Positions 1 to 12,600 of a stretch of 64,000 nt of DNA are shown in pieces. The position numbers were made by a program, and so were the translations under genes. Each line of letters opens with the position of its first letter. Positions within the stretch are counted from its first letter, which is position 1. This DNA comes from Podarcis erhardii (Eukaryota). The stretch lies in the NCBI GenBank assembly GCA_964252035.1, contig OZ176213.1; one strand, 5' to 3'. Below the pieces are notes generated by a model. It was given only the letters and a program-made list of their open reading frames with translations. It made no database searches and was not told the origin of the DNA.

Positions 1-91
1 CAAGGACCATACAAGAAAAGATTTATAGGGAAAGATTTCTTAATTTCCCTGAAGCTTCCCTGCAACAACACAGTATGCTAGTACCCAAATA

Positions 92-382
92 CAGTTAAAC
101 CTTGAGTTGAATGTGCTTCGGGTTGAGCGCGTTTGAGTTGCGCTCCGCGGCAACCCGGAAGTAACGGAGCACGTTACTTCCAGGTTTCACAGCTTGTGCA
201 TGCGCAGACGCTCAAAATGACATCACGCACATGTGCAGATGCTCAAAATGACATCGAACGCATGCACAGAAGAGGCGGAATGTGTCCTTTGCACACACAG
301 ACGCGCCATCACGTCTTGCGTTCCGTTCGGGATGCGAACGCGGCTCCGGAACGGATCCCGTTCGCATCCCAAGGTACCACTG
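92..382. mobile_element. Tc1/mariner-Tigger-like MITE
   Basis: TA-flanked (90-91, 383-384) with imperfect TIRs CAGTtaaACCTTG / CAAGGTACCACTG. Confidence 0.7.
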
Positions 383-732
383 TATGCTGATTCTCCAGAA
401 TAAATGGGCTGGTACAATCCCAATTAATTTCATTTGGGCTCCTTGCTCCCTCAATCCCCCAACCACACTCCCTGTCCATAACTCTCACCTCTGCTCCTTG
501 ATGACACATGAGCAAAATCCTGACCTTCCCTAACAATGTTTGTGCACATTCTATAGCTGACAATTTCCTGCTTGAGCAGTAATTTTTATGATGTTCTAGT
601 CTCTCCTGCGTTTTGTTAAAAAATTGGCTGCCAACTCTAAACCAGAAACATAAAGAGTGCATATGTAGGCATTGCAACTTATTACAGACTGCTTGAAAAA
701 TTCGCCATCATTTGCTTAATGCTCCCCTGCAG

Positions 733-3682
733 ATGGCTGTTCTGCAATCTTTGTCTCCACTGCAACTTGCATCCCTCACCCTGAAGTCTGATGCCATCAA
801 TGAAGATGAGAAGATGTGCCAGATTCTTGCAAGACTGCAGAACAAACCACTGGAAGAGATCTACCAGTATTTGGACCAATTCAACACAGATGCCAATAAG
901 GTACGGCCTTCAAATATTTACTAAAGAAAAGCAAAACTCCAAATCAAGTTAGGTCTTTTTGCCACCCAAACTGACTTTTCCGTTCCCTCACAGAACCCAC
1001 ATTGCTTGCATGCATTCTATTGCTGACAGTTTTCACCTGATAAGTTAGAATGTTAATGAACCTTGCATGTATCTCTGCAGCTCAGCCGGGGGAAGATAAG
1101 CAGCAAATCACAGTCAATGGGACAGCCTCTCATTGCCCGTTATAGACAACAAAGTTAAGATAAATCCAAATAGTTAAGCAAAAGAGTTTGCTATTTTTTC
1201 CTTCTCTCTTTAAATTGCAGCTTGGAATAACGTCTCTCAAAGAGGAAGGCATAAGGCAAAGGGTGCTCTCTCATTTTGTGGAGGCGATTGGATCTGAACT
1301 CTCAACCTTCAGCCCTGCAAACTGGACTCATTTGCTGTCCACAAGGCTGCTGCTTTTCCTGCCAAGTGTCAGCGCAAAGGAATCCAAAGAGATGCTGTCT
1401 TATGTTTCCGGTTGTGATGCCTTCCAAGCTGTGTGAGTATAAACCGCCGCCGTTCTCACTGTTACAAGTTTTCAGAGGAGTGTTCCAACGTGTAAGTAAC
1501 CAAACTGTGGATCCCATGTGCAAGAGGGGCGTATCAGCAAATTTGGGGGAAGCACAGGATTCGTGGAAGTACAACGACATATAGGTTGCGGAGGGCGGGG
1601 GGGACTAAATGAGGAAAAACCCTAAAGCAGCCCAATGAAGAATCAGCAAGGTTGGTCCATGGGGATAAGCAGAGTACCGCCTCACCAACCACAATCTGCC
1701 CCCAGCTAGCCACCATCTTCTTTCTTAAGACCAGTTAGGAGGGCAACACTGCCTATTAACTTCCTCCTCCTTAGTCTCAGTGCTGTCCTTGTAGAGAACT
1801 CAATAGAGAAGAGAATGGGGACAGAACCAGAATGAGCTGTCTCTGCCTGTCCTTGGCTCTGTCGCCACCTACTGTTGGGCTCCCTGCCTTCCACCCCAGC
1901 AGTCCTCATCAGCACCAGCCACCACTGTTGAGCACGCTCAGTGGGATTCTGTCTGACTCTGCAAACCAGGGGGACTGGACTGGAATATTGTGGAGGAGGG
2001 CTTGGCTGGCTTATTAAAACATGGAACAGTCCACACTGCCATATGGTCTCCTTTCTGGTGCACAGGCCAAATTCATTACTGGAAGCTTCTATCCAATGGA
2101 GTGGGAAACTGAATTAAAGGAGCAGGAAGGAGATTCATGTCTGGAAACCATGTCTGGAGAGAAAGAAGCAACCTATGGTTCAGGCTCCTCCAACCTGGTG
2201 CCCTTCAGATGGTTTGGACTACAAATCCTACCAGCCTGAATCAGCATAGCCAATGGTTGACCACTGAGAACTAGTGATGCTGATGGGAGTTGTGCTTTCC
2301 AGATTCTTTGGATTACAACGTTGGGGAAAGCTAGACCATAGTTTTTATGAGTGTTGAAGATGTTGTGATAGATACATTGTGGCTGGTGGTGGACATATTA
2401 ACTATGAGAACTGCAGGAAGTCATCACTTGATGTTGCACTCATTAGGTCAGGGGTAGGCAGCCTGAGGCCCATGGGCCACAAGAGGACCACAGGAGTCGT
2501 TTAACCGGCCTGATCCAGAAGGCTGTTCTGCTCTTATGCAGACATTTCTGACACAACCTTTTATCTTCAGGGTGTCCTCGCTGAGCCAAGTTTACTCTGC
2601 AATACTACCAACCAACCAACTAGGCGTCTACAGGACCTTGTTTTCCTACCTTGACAACCAGCACAAGACCACAGGTAACTCGGTAGCACCACTTTAAGTT
2701 TGCAGTTCAGGGGCCATGGATTGGAAGTAGGGAGAAAGCTGATCCAGTTGATTTCCATTTCAAGGCATATCTTCCTAATTTAGTGCCTTCATTGCATATC
2801 TTTAAGAACCAGACAAAATGTTCCTCTTCAACAGGCCTTTGGGTGATTATATTGTAAACCACCTTGTGATATTCAGATGAAGGGCGGTATCGAAATTTAA
2901 TTATTATTAATAGTAATTCACACTTTCTGAAACAAAACGAGAATGAAAATACTGCAGTCCTTTGAACAATACAGTGCTCCAACCAAATCATGTAGGAAAA
3001 AATGCAGATGCCGGAGTAAAGTATGTATAAAAATTCACGTATTCATGGAAAATAACAGGCAAAAATGCATTATATTTGGGAACATTGCTTTACCAAAAAA
3101 AAGAAAGGGTGTATATTAGGCAGAATTACACACAAGCATGTATATAGGGGAAACTATTCTCCCATATATTGGATTTTTTAAAAAATAATTAAATTACAAA
3201 CTGAAATGGAAATATGGCAAACTAAAGATTGGAAAAATGAAAGGCTGAGGGAGACTGAAATCAACAGATTCCTTCATCGCTAGCCATGGGCAATGTGTGA
3301 CGCCAGGATGGTGGGGTCTAGGTACTTTAGAGAGCCGGTGGGGAACAGAGGTAGAGGCACGAGCCCCTGGGAATGGGCCCTGAGAGGGATCCAGCAGGGA
3401 GGTGGGCACCTAGGGGAGAATTCATTCCTCTTGAGTAGGAATAGAGAGATCAAACCCACCCAGTTTTGAATTCTTGGCCGAATGAGTTGCCACCTGCAAC
3501 TATGTCAATGAATCCCACATGGAGCCCTGTTCAGAAAGGCTTGTTTGTTTACCGACATTGCAGGATCGGCGTGTACCTCCAACACCGGGGATTCGGAGGC
3601 ATGGCTGCAAGATAACCTGGGGCCTTTCGCAGCTCAAGCTCCTTATGGCGATTTCACCACGCTGATGGCCACGTTCAATGGG
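733..3682 (+). CDS. Module 1 (exons A-B-C-D, 201 aa)
   Basis: Exons of 168/212/104/119 nt, phases 0-0, 0-2, 2-1, 1-0. MAVLQSLSPLQLASLT... / ...SGCDAFQAV / VSSLSQVY... / GSACTSNTGDSEAWLQDNLGPF... Confidence 0.9.
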
Positions 3683-6600
3683 GTACGTTGCAGAGGTTGC
3701 CTTGTGTTGATGCATAATGCCCACCCTGTGCTCCAGAGCCCCAGCCCCACCAAATGATTAGGAAGTCTGTTTTGCGTTAGACTCCTCCTGAAAAGGGGAA
3801 GAGGGCAGAGCAGTTGCTTTGCATACAGAAGGTCCCTAGCGCCTTCAAAGAGTGGCAGGATGAGACTCTTGCCAGAGAAACCCTGGAGTGCTGCTGCCAG
3901 TCAGTGTAGACAATCCTGAGTGAGCTGGGTCAGTGAGAGGTCAGTTCTGCGAGTTTTCCACAATCCACACTTGCAAAAAGAATAATTCTTCATTTCAGGA
4001 GGGGTGGAAGTGAATATTCTGCACAACAGCCCAATTGAGAAGCTTCATCCCACACATGGGAGAAGGAAAGGGCTGCCTACCTTTCTCCCTCCCCAAATCT
4101 TCTAAAGCAGTCTTCTCCGATTGGGTATCCTCCAGGTGTCTTGGACTACAATTCCCATCAGCCCCAGCAAGCATGCTGGTTGGGGCTGATGGGAGTTATA
4201 GTCCAAAACATCTAGAGGGCACCCGCTTGGGGAAGGGTTGAAGAAGTCTCTAAGTATGTCCTCAAATGTGTGTTTTTACAGTTTGATGTCCGGGGCAACC
4301 TCACTGCCACCCAATTGGCTCATGTCTTTTTTGCCTCTGGAGCCCTGGATGATCCTGATAAAGTCAGCGCCCTTCTGGAACCTTTGGAGAACAAGGCTGT
4401 TGATGACGTCCTTGCTTTTATGACAGAGTTTGCAGCCTTGGCTGCTCAGGTGAGTTGTCTTTTGTTAGCTTTGGTTTATATCCATTCAATAAGATCCCTT
4501 TAATTTCTTGAGCTCTCCTGGTGCTGCATCCTTCACTGCTTCTCTGTGGGGACATCTGAGGCCCAGTGTGGCGTGGTGGTAAGAGTGTCGGACTAGGACC
4601 TGGGAGACAGGGGTTCAAACCCCCACTTGGCCACGAAGCTCTGTCTCTCTGCTATTCTTCTCTCCAGCACAATCACATTCCTCTGTGCTACTCTGGCCGT
4701 TTTGAAGGCTGGGGCCATGACCTGTTCCTTCTGTGTTTCTGGTTGGCAGAGCGGCGTGACGTTCCTGGCAAACACGGAGGTGAGGGACAAGATATTTGGC
4801 GCCATCTTCAGCGAATTACAGAGCCTGCTAACCTCCCAGTACAAAGACTTGTTCCAGAAAACATTGACCCTCGTGCTTCCCAGCATCAACGCCACAGCCC
4901 TGGCAGCCATTCCACAGAGCATCCCCTGCAGCACTTTCAAAGCCATGTGAGTCTTCAACCATCTGCAGGTTTGCCAGGAGGGGGCAAAGGAACCAGTTTC
5001 CAGGCCGCTTTAAAGTGCTGGTTTTGACTGATAAAGCCTTGTGTGGTTCAGGATCCCAGTACGTCAAAGACAGCCTCTCCCCATATGAACCCAGACCCTG
5101 TGATCGCCATCTGAAGCCCTTCTTCATGTGTCCCCTCCATGAGAGGTCCAGAAGGTGGCAATTTGAGAAGGGGCCTTCTCAGTGGTGGCTCCCTTCTTGC
5201 AGAAGGCTCTCCCCAGGAAGGCTCACATGGCATCATCGTGACATATCTTTAGGCACCAGGCAAAAACTTTTGCGTGGACAGGCGGAGTCCCCAGATCCCG
5301 AGTGGTCCCCGCGTCATGTGGAATAACGACTCTAGACAACGTGCTATGGGATTAAATTGGCCACAACTTTATTAAATTTCAAATGTGGGTAGACCTTGGC
5401 TCAGGCATTGGGCGTTCTCCCTCCCTAGTCCCCAGCCGGGGACCTAGGGAGCATCAGGGTTATCCAGTGTGTGTGGGGGGGATGGGCCGGCTCTGGAGAA
5501 CATATGTTCAAGCAGAGATAGCCGCCCCCGTTACGCCGCCGCAGGGGAGAGCAATGACGACCTTTCGGCGTACGGCCAAAGCCTCCCTTCAAAAACCCCT
5601 TTAACGGGGAACCCTGGTATCGCCGCCGCAAAGAGGAAGATGGACTAAAGGATTCCGCCCAAGGCCTGATACCGCCAAAGTTGTGACGTTTTGCTATGGG
5701 AAAGGCGAAACCTGCCAATGCAGGGAAATTCCTTTCCGGCCCTTTAACAGCGACCTTATCGTAGCAGCGCCCGCATACCTGTGGAGACAGGTTAACCTGC
5801 AAAACCTATGAAGAAAAGTTAACCTGCAAAAGAAGACATTAACTGAGGGTGGGTAGGGTGGGAGAAGCTCTGGAGCCAAGTGAGGATTAACAATTAAGAT
5901 CCACCCTCTATTGTGTGGGCAGGTAATCCCTCCCCTTACCTGGCCTGGTTTCCCTGGCAACACTTCCCCCAGGTGGGATTGGACAACTCGCTGGGGTAGG
6001 CGGGGACCTCCAGGTATCCCACCTGAGGGAAGGCAAAGCCTATGCTGATGGGGCCACTCCAGATCCAGGGCTGCACGCGTCCACGCAAAAGGCGCCCCCC
6101 GTTTTAAGTGGGGAGCGGTCATTGTTTTCTGCCAGACCATTGGCTTTTAATCATCTGTGGCCTTCTTGAGTGGGTGGGGCTGTTTTAATCCTGCCTTTTA
6201 AAAATAAGAATGAGTTTTAGATTTTTCTGTTTTGTTCAACACTGGTTTGAATGCACATGTTCTTATCGTAAGTTACTTTTGTAAGAAAAAAGAAATCTAG
6301 TAAGTTTAAATCATCATCACCATCATTATCAGCAAACAAGAGGTTAATTGTTATAAAGACTTTAATACGTTTCCCCTCCTGTTCCTTCCTGTCCCACCCA
6401 GAATGGCTGGTTTGGATGGCAGCTTTCGACATATGTCATCAGACAGTCGTCGAGATGTCTACAACTTTGCCAAAGGCTACCTGATGACCAAGACGTCTCA
6501 AGGAGGTAGGTGTCAAAACCAGAAGGTGTTTGCTAGGTGGGTGTAATTGCTGTGCTTGCTTCCCAGCTGGCAGGGAGCACTGTTGTTACTGGAAGCAAAG

Positions 6601-9600
6601 ATGGACCATTGGTCCAGTTCAGTATAAGGCTGTTTCCTCTGCTTCTTCACCACTCACAGCAGCTGGATCATGCCCCCAGTGCAAATGGAATATAGTGTGA
6701 TAGCATATTGCAAGGAGTCACTTTTTCAGGAAAAGGGGTCCTGGATGCACGAAATGATTCTCCAAGAGTGATTTTTTTTCTTTTTTCCATTCCAGGAGAT
6801 CCCTGTACTGAGAATACTCGGGGCAGCTTGGGTTGGTTAACAGCCAACCTTGGCTCCTTCAGCTCATTAGCCAGTTATAAAGACTTGGTTGCCATTAATG
6901 GAGATTTCCACCCGGTAAGTGACCTTGCTGAACAAGAGGCAGGGGGCAGAGGCTTATTCATGACTTAGCCAAAAGTATTGGGGGGGGGGGTTGAATTCAT
7001 TTCATATTGAAAGGCTAGCCTAGTTAATTTGCCCTTTTCTAAAACAATACAAGAACCAAAATGTAGCCGCCCTTTGAAATTTGATCCCTCCGAATTTTGC
7101 AGTGCTCTCTTCCAACCAACCAGCGTTTACCAGAATTCATATTTAAGGGGGAATTGTGCATTAAAATGAATATATTAGAGAAAATAACATACAAAAATAC
7201 ACCGTGTTAGGGGAAATTGCTTGGCAAACACGCACATTCATCAAAACTGTCTGTTGGATGAAATTCGTACTAAGAATTTTTTAAAAATGCAGAAAGCTGA
7301 ATTGAAGATGGTAAAAATGAGGAACTGACAGAAACAAAATTGACAGATCCCCCTGTCCCTGCTCCGCCGACAGTTTCCTTTGCTAAGAACCAGCTTTGCT
7401 CATTCTTTAGATGGATGCAGTTGCGAGACTCACACCATCTCAATTGGCTGAGTACACACTGGCAAGTGATGCCCTGCGCGACAGTGAGAAAGCCGGGAAG
7501 GTCTTTGGCTCCCTTGATTCACACAACATTGGAGAATTCATGGATGCTTTCAATGCGGCTGCCCAACAGGTTTGCAAGACTCCCCTCTTCCTCCCCTCTG
7601 CCTTGTTCAAAGTGCAGCAGCAGGGCTCATTCAGTTTGTTACTTAATTCTACTAGTGTTAACGTCAACCAGCCAACAGAGAATGCTAGAGGTATTACTAA
7701 GCAGCTAGGTAGAGTGGTATGATATTCATGTGATCTGATTGCCTGTGTAGTTCTGGGGGAGTTTTTCCCTCTTTATGTTTTGTTGAATGTCTCCCTGCCC
7801 TGTACAAGGCCTCAACTGAAAGACAAATGCTCTCTGTCGTTTCTTTTCAAATTATACATAGTTTTGGTTCACTTTGCTCAGTAAAGTGTTATCATGACTT
7901 TTATCTCTGGACTCTGTTGGCATTAATCAAGTTACTTTGCTAACACATTTCCCTATTGAAGGTTGCTCCATTAGAGTGATGGGCTATTGCCCAACAGCCT
8001 TACTTCAACCTCCCCAACCTGGTGCCCTTCAGATGTTTCCGACTTCAGCTCCCATCAACCCCAGCCAGCACTGGAGGGCATCAGCTTGCCAATGGCAGCC
8101 ATAGATCATGCCAGCTGGGGCTGATAGGACTTGCAGTCCCAAACTTCCGGAGAGTACCAGGTTGGGGAAGACCATTATACAGGCTAAATAGAGGGCCTTC
8201 TCTGCGTTGGCACCTCAGCTCAAGAACTTCCTCCCCAAGCCCATTTGCTTGGTGCTGCCTTTGGTAAGCCTATCTTGTTGAATTAACCTCTTACAGCAAT
8301 GACTATTGGCGTGCCTTCAGCTGCTGTCTACTGATTTAGTTGCAGATTTGTTTTATGCTGTGCCATTTCATTTGTGCGCCTTTTCCTTAACTGTGTTTAT
8401 TGCTGGTCATCTACCCCAAGGGTATCTAATATGGTCTCCTCCAGATATTTTGGACTACAGCTCCCATTGACTGATGATGGGAGCTGAGGTCCACAACATC
8501 TAGAGGGCACCTAGTAAATGGTACACTTTGACATTAGGGTGTTAGTTAGCTAGGTACACCTGTCCTCCTAACGCTGTACCTTCTGTGCCTTTTGCTTTCT
8601 TCTTAAAGCACCAGCTCACTCAGTTGCCCAACTTGGAGACCAAACGGTTCATCCTTGGCGAGATCTTCTGCCACTTGAGTGGCGTCCTGAAGCTCTTCAC
8701 CACAGAGGACTATGCTGCCTGGTTTGGGCAAAGGCTCCCTCTCTTCCTGAGCAGTCTTGATGCCCAGAACCTCGGCTTCCTGCCCAGTGACATGTCCTGT
8801 GATTCTCTGGCAGCCATGTAGGTACCAACTCTATGCCTATCCCAAGGTGGGGGTGATGGCGGCATCATTTGGCGTGGCCCAGCAAAGGGTGAGGAGAGAA
8901 GTCACAGAAACTCAAAAACTGCATTGCTCCCAGTCAGGCGGTTGGTCCATCTAACTCAGTATTGTCTACACTGACTGGCAGCTGTTCCCCAGGGTTTCAG
9001 GTGGGAATCTCCCCTAGCCCTACCTGGAGATTGAACTTGGGACCTTCTGCATACAAAGCAGATGTTCTGCCTACTGAGTTCTGCCCATTATCATAGGAAA
9101 GGGCCTTATACTGAGTCAGACCATTGGTTCATCTGGCTCAGTATTGCCAACAAAGGCTGGCAGCAGCTCTCCAGTATTTCAGACAGAGAGTCGTTCCAAC
9201 CACTGCCTGCAGATGTTGCAGATTGAGACCTTCTGCATGCAGAGCAGGTGCCCAGTCACTGGGCGATGGGCCTCCTCCCCAGTTGTCCGTGGAAGTTGCT
9301 TTGCTGATCCAAAATGCCTCCCCCTAACTTCACTCCTCCCTTCTTCTGAATCTCCAAACTGAGTATTATTACTTCGATTACAACCTCCTTCCTAATCTTG
9401 CAGAGTGGAGGGTTTAAATGATCACCATGCCAACAGCACATTTGAAAACCCAGATGATATATTCTCCTTCATAAAGAGGATTCTTGAATTCCAAGAACAA
9501 AATTCAGGTAAGCAAAGGAAGCACATCTCCTCCCCACCCACCCCAAGGAAGACTTTACCTTCTACCCACCCCTGATGAAGACCCTCTCCAGAATGTTGAA

Positions 9601-12600
9601 CCTCAGAAATGTGCACCTGCATTTCTAATTCTCTTTATGATTTTGCCACAGGTTCTGCCTGCACTCAGGGGGCCTCCACGGACCAAGAGTGGCTGAGCAA
9701 ATTCTTTGGACCCTTTTCTGCCTATGGCTCCTACTCAGATTTCACTGCACTGAAAAGCGACTTCCATGGGGTGAGAGCGGCACAGACTTTGGAGTTTAAC
9801 GTTTGTGGTGTTCTTGACTCTCGGCTGGTTCGGGCATAACACTAACTCATGGGTCACCAATGTATTGCCCTTGAGGCCTTTCCTTGGTGCCCACAAAGCC
9901 TCTAAGGGCCCCTTCCCCATCATTGCTCCCCTTGGGCAGTTTAGCTTTAATAAGATCACTCAAGGAAGAGTTTGGAAACTTTCACTTCCTTTTTTTAAAA
10001 CCGCAGTTTCCTGTGTCACCCAAACCTTGGTAAACTGTGGTTTAATCTGCACCTTACTGACTCAGTGACGATTGGAAGCTTGGGGTGTTTGAAGAGTTCT
10101 AGATTCCGAGCTTGAGCCTGCTTTCCATCCAACTCCAGCTCTGTGTTTCCAAATGCAGGTGGATTCCTTGGACCTCTTCTCCGCCAGTGCCTTGGCTCAG
10201 TTGTCCACTGAAGGTCACACCATTTACAGCAGCTCAGCCATGGTGCTCGTCTTCCAAGCCATCCAGAGAAAGAAGGAGCCAGAGCAATTCCTCAGCACGT
10301 ACCTGGATGAGTTCAACACCCTGGTGCTGAAGGTAAACAGAAGCTTGTTGACAGACTTTTCCTCCGGGGCTGGAAACATACTGTGATTTTCTGCAGTGTA
10401 ACTGGAGCACTGGTGGTCAACTCCAATGGGAATGCATGGTCTGTGACCTTTGGGGTAGCTGGGAATTACTCCAGAGCAGTGGATTTCAAGCTATGTAGCA
10501 CAACCTTCACCAGGATGGGGCCCTCCTGATGTTTGGGACTCGAGATCACCCTTTCCAATTTCCTACAAACTTTCAAAACTCATGTAATTGTCAAGGGTTC
10601 TCATTGCTAGCCCATTGTTCTCCATTGTGTGAAACGTTGTCAGCTGATTTCATTGATCCTTTTGGGTGTAGTTGCAAAATCAGAAGTGCAGGGTCCCTTC
10701 ATGATACCCAGTCACACCCCCTTCTAAGATTGTACAACAATCTTATAATATTAAACAATTAGAGTTGCATTATAACAATCAATGCAGATCTCCATTGCCC
10801 TTCAGCTACATTTACTATTTTCTGTGCGCTTACTTGGGCAAATGGTTTGGAGTGCTCCAATATCTTCATTTGGAGTGACTTAGATTGTGTTTTCCTTGAA
10901 GTTCCATTGTACGTAACAGAACTTACACACCATTCTCTTGAAACTGGAGTGCCTAGTGTTGTCAGTGTTCCTAAATGCTCAGCTTTGGAGCGTATGGAAC
11001 AACTCATTGGTCTTCTTCCTGTGTGCCTTCTCCAGAGTGACCCTAGGAGCCAATCCTCACCTCCTTTCATTCTGATTGGTTGCAATCAGCACCAAGGGTG
11101 AGAAGGTTCATTCTCAATGGCTTCAAAGCTTCCCTGGTTGAGTAGCTCTAGGATGCTGGAGACAGGGACCCTGCTGCAGAAATAGTAACATGTCTCCAAC
11201 ACTTCTGCTTCCACCTAGAACCTGATCTTCAATGAAGTCACACTTATTCCCTGGTAATTCTGCTTCTTCCTCCAGAACCGCGGCTTGTTGAGCAATCCCA
11301 AAGTGCGGGACACCATGCTGATGCTATCGGCGGAGATCATTTTCCCACAGATTGCCAGCAGTTCCCTGGAAGACACAAACACTTGGTTCCAGAAACTCAA
11401 CCTCCTCCTCCCGGGTATCAATGGAACAATTCTTGAGCTGCTACCCCTGGGTATGCCCTGCCCATATTACCAAACCATGTAAGTAGCTGGCATACATTTA
11501 CCTCAGTAGTTTCTAGGTCCCTTCACATAGTTTGATAACAAGGGGTTACCTCTTGTACACATTGGTGGCTACCACACAATCTGCGTCTTGAGCATCCACC
11601 CTGATTTGTTGTGGGGGACACCAGATTCTGCTGCCTTGAGCAAGTGTTATTCCAACACTTTCCAGTGCATTTTACTATAATTTTGGGAAGCTGGTTTATT
11701 GTGCTAGATCTTCCACTCAACTTCATTTGAGTAACCTTAATTTGAATACCAGTTGCTAGAAACCACAGGAGAGCAGAGTGCTCTTGTGGTCGGGTCCTGC
11801 TTGCAGGTTTCCCAAAGGCATCTGGGTGGCCACTTTGAGAACAGGCTGCTGGACTAGGTGGGCCACTGGCCTGATCCAGCAGAGCTCTTCTTATGTTCTT
11901 ATCTTCTTAATCCCCACCCCCAAAATAACCACAGTCTGGAAGCAGCTACACCCAGCTGAGGACACAAAGGCTGGTTTCATCAGACCACCTAGTTCAGCAC
12001 TCTGGGTTGCATCCAATGCTAGTCCTACTCAGAGGAGACCCATTGAAATTGATGGTCATTTGGAGAACTGTTATACAAGTGATATAATGAAATTCAGTTA
12101 GAGGGGATTTGAGAAAGTCAGTTAACAATGTTATAAAAATTAGGTATTTGAAGAAGTAATTGTTTTTTGTGTTTAGTTTTTTTTGTATTGAAATGTGTCT
12201 TTATTTTGTGTGTGTTTTGTGATGTCATTTTTGTTATAAATGTGGAAAATTAACAAAAAAAATTGAAGAAAAAAGAAAGAAAAGAAATTGATGGCCATGA
12301 CTATCTGAGGTTCATTCATCTCATTGGGTCTATTCTGAGTAAAACTTAGTGGAACACAACCCTCTATTTCCAAAAAGATTCCAGAGCCAGTTGCAAGCTA
12401 TAGACCTCCCAAACTATTGTTTGTTCTCTGCACCTTGTGCTCTGAGGTTCTCTGCCTCTGAATATGAGCGCTCCATTTCATTTCCATGGTTCCATAAGGC
12501 CTATACTGGAGGAAGGGCAGGTTGGATGCTAGTAAATGAATATGGTGAATAGGTGGAAAACAAGTGTGACTCAAGCCAATGTGTGGAATTGCTTGTGTTT

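Noticed and set aside
320-372. Internal hairpin gggatgcgaac / gttcgcatccc as a structured ncRNA
   Set aside because: It is a subterminal repeat of the MITE at 92-382.
4568-4640. tRNA-like sequences with A/B boxes (also 19261, 29870, 42575)
   Set aside because: They run into SINE bodies and lack complete cloverleaf ends, so they are SINE heads and not tRNA genes.
4566-5027. 153-aa ORF overlapping module 2 exon B
   Set aside because: It starts inside a SINE head and is out of frame with the true exon (4750-4946).
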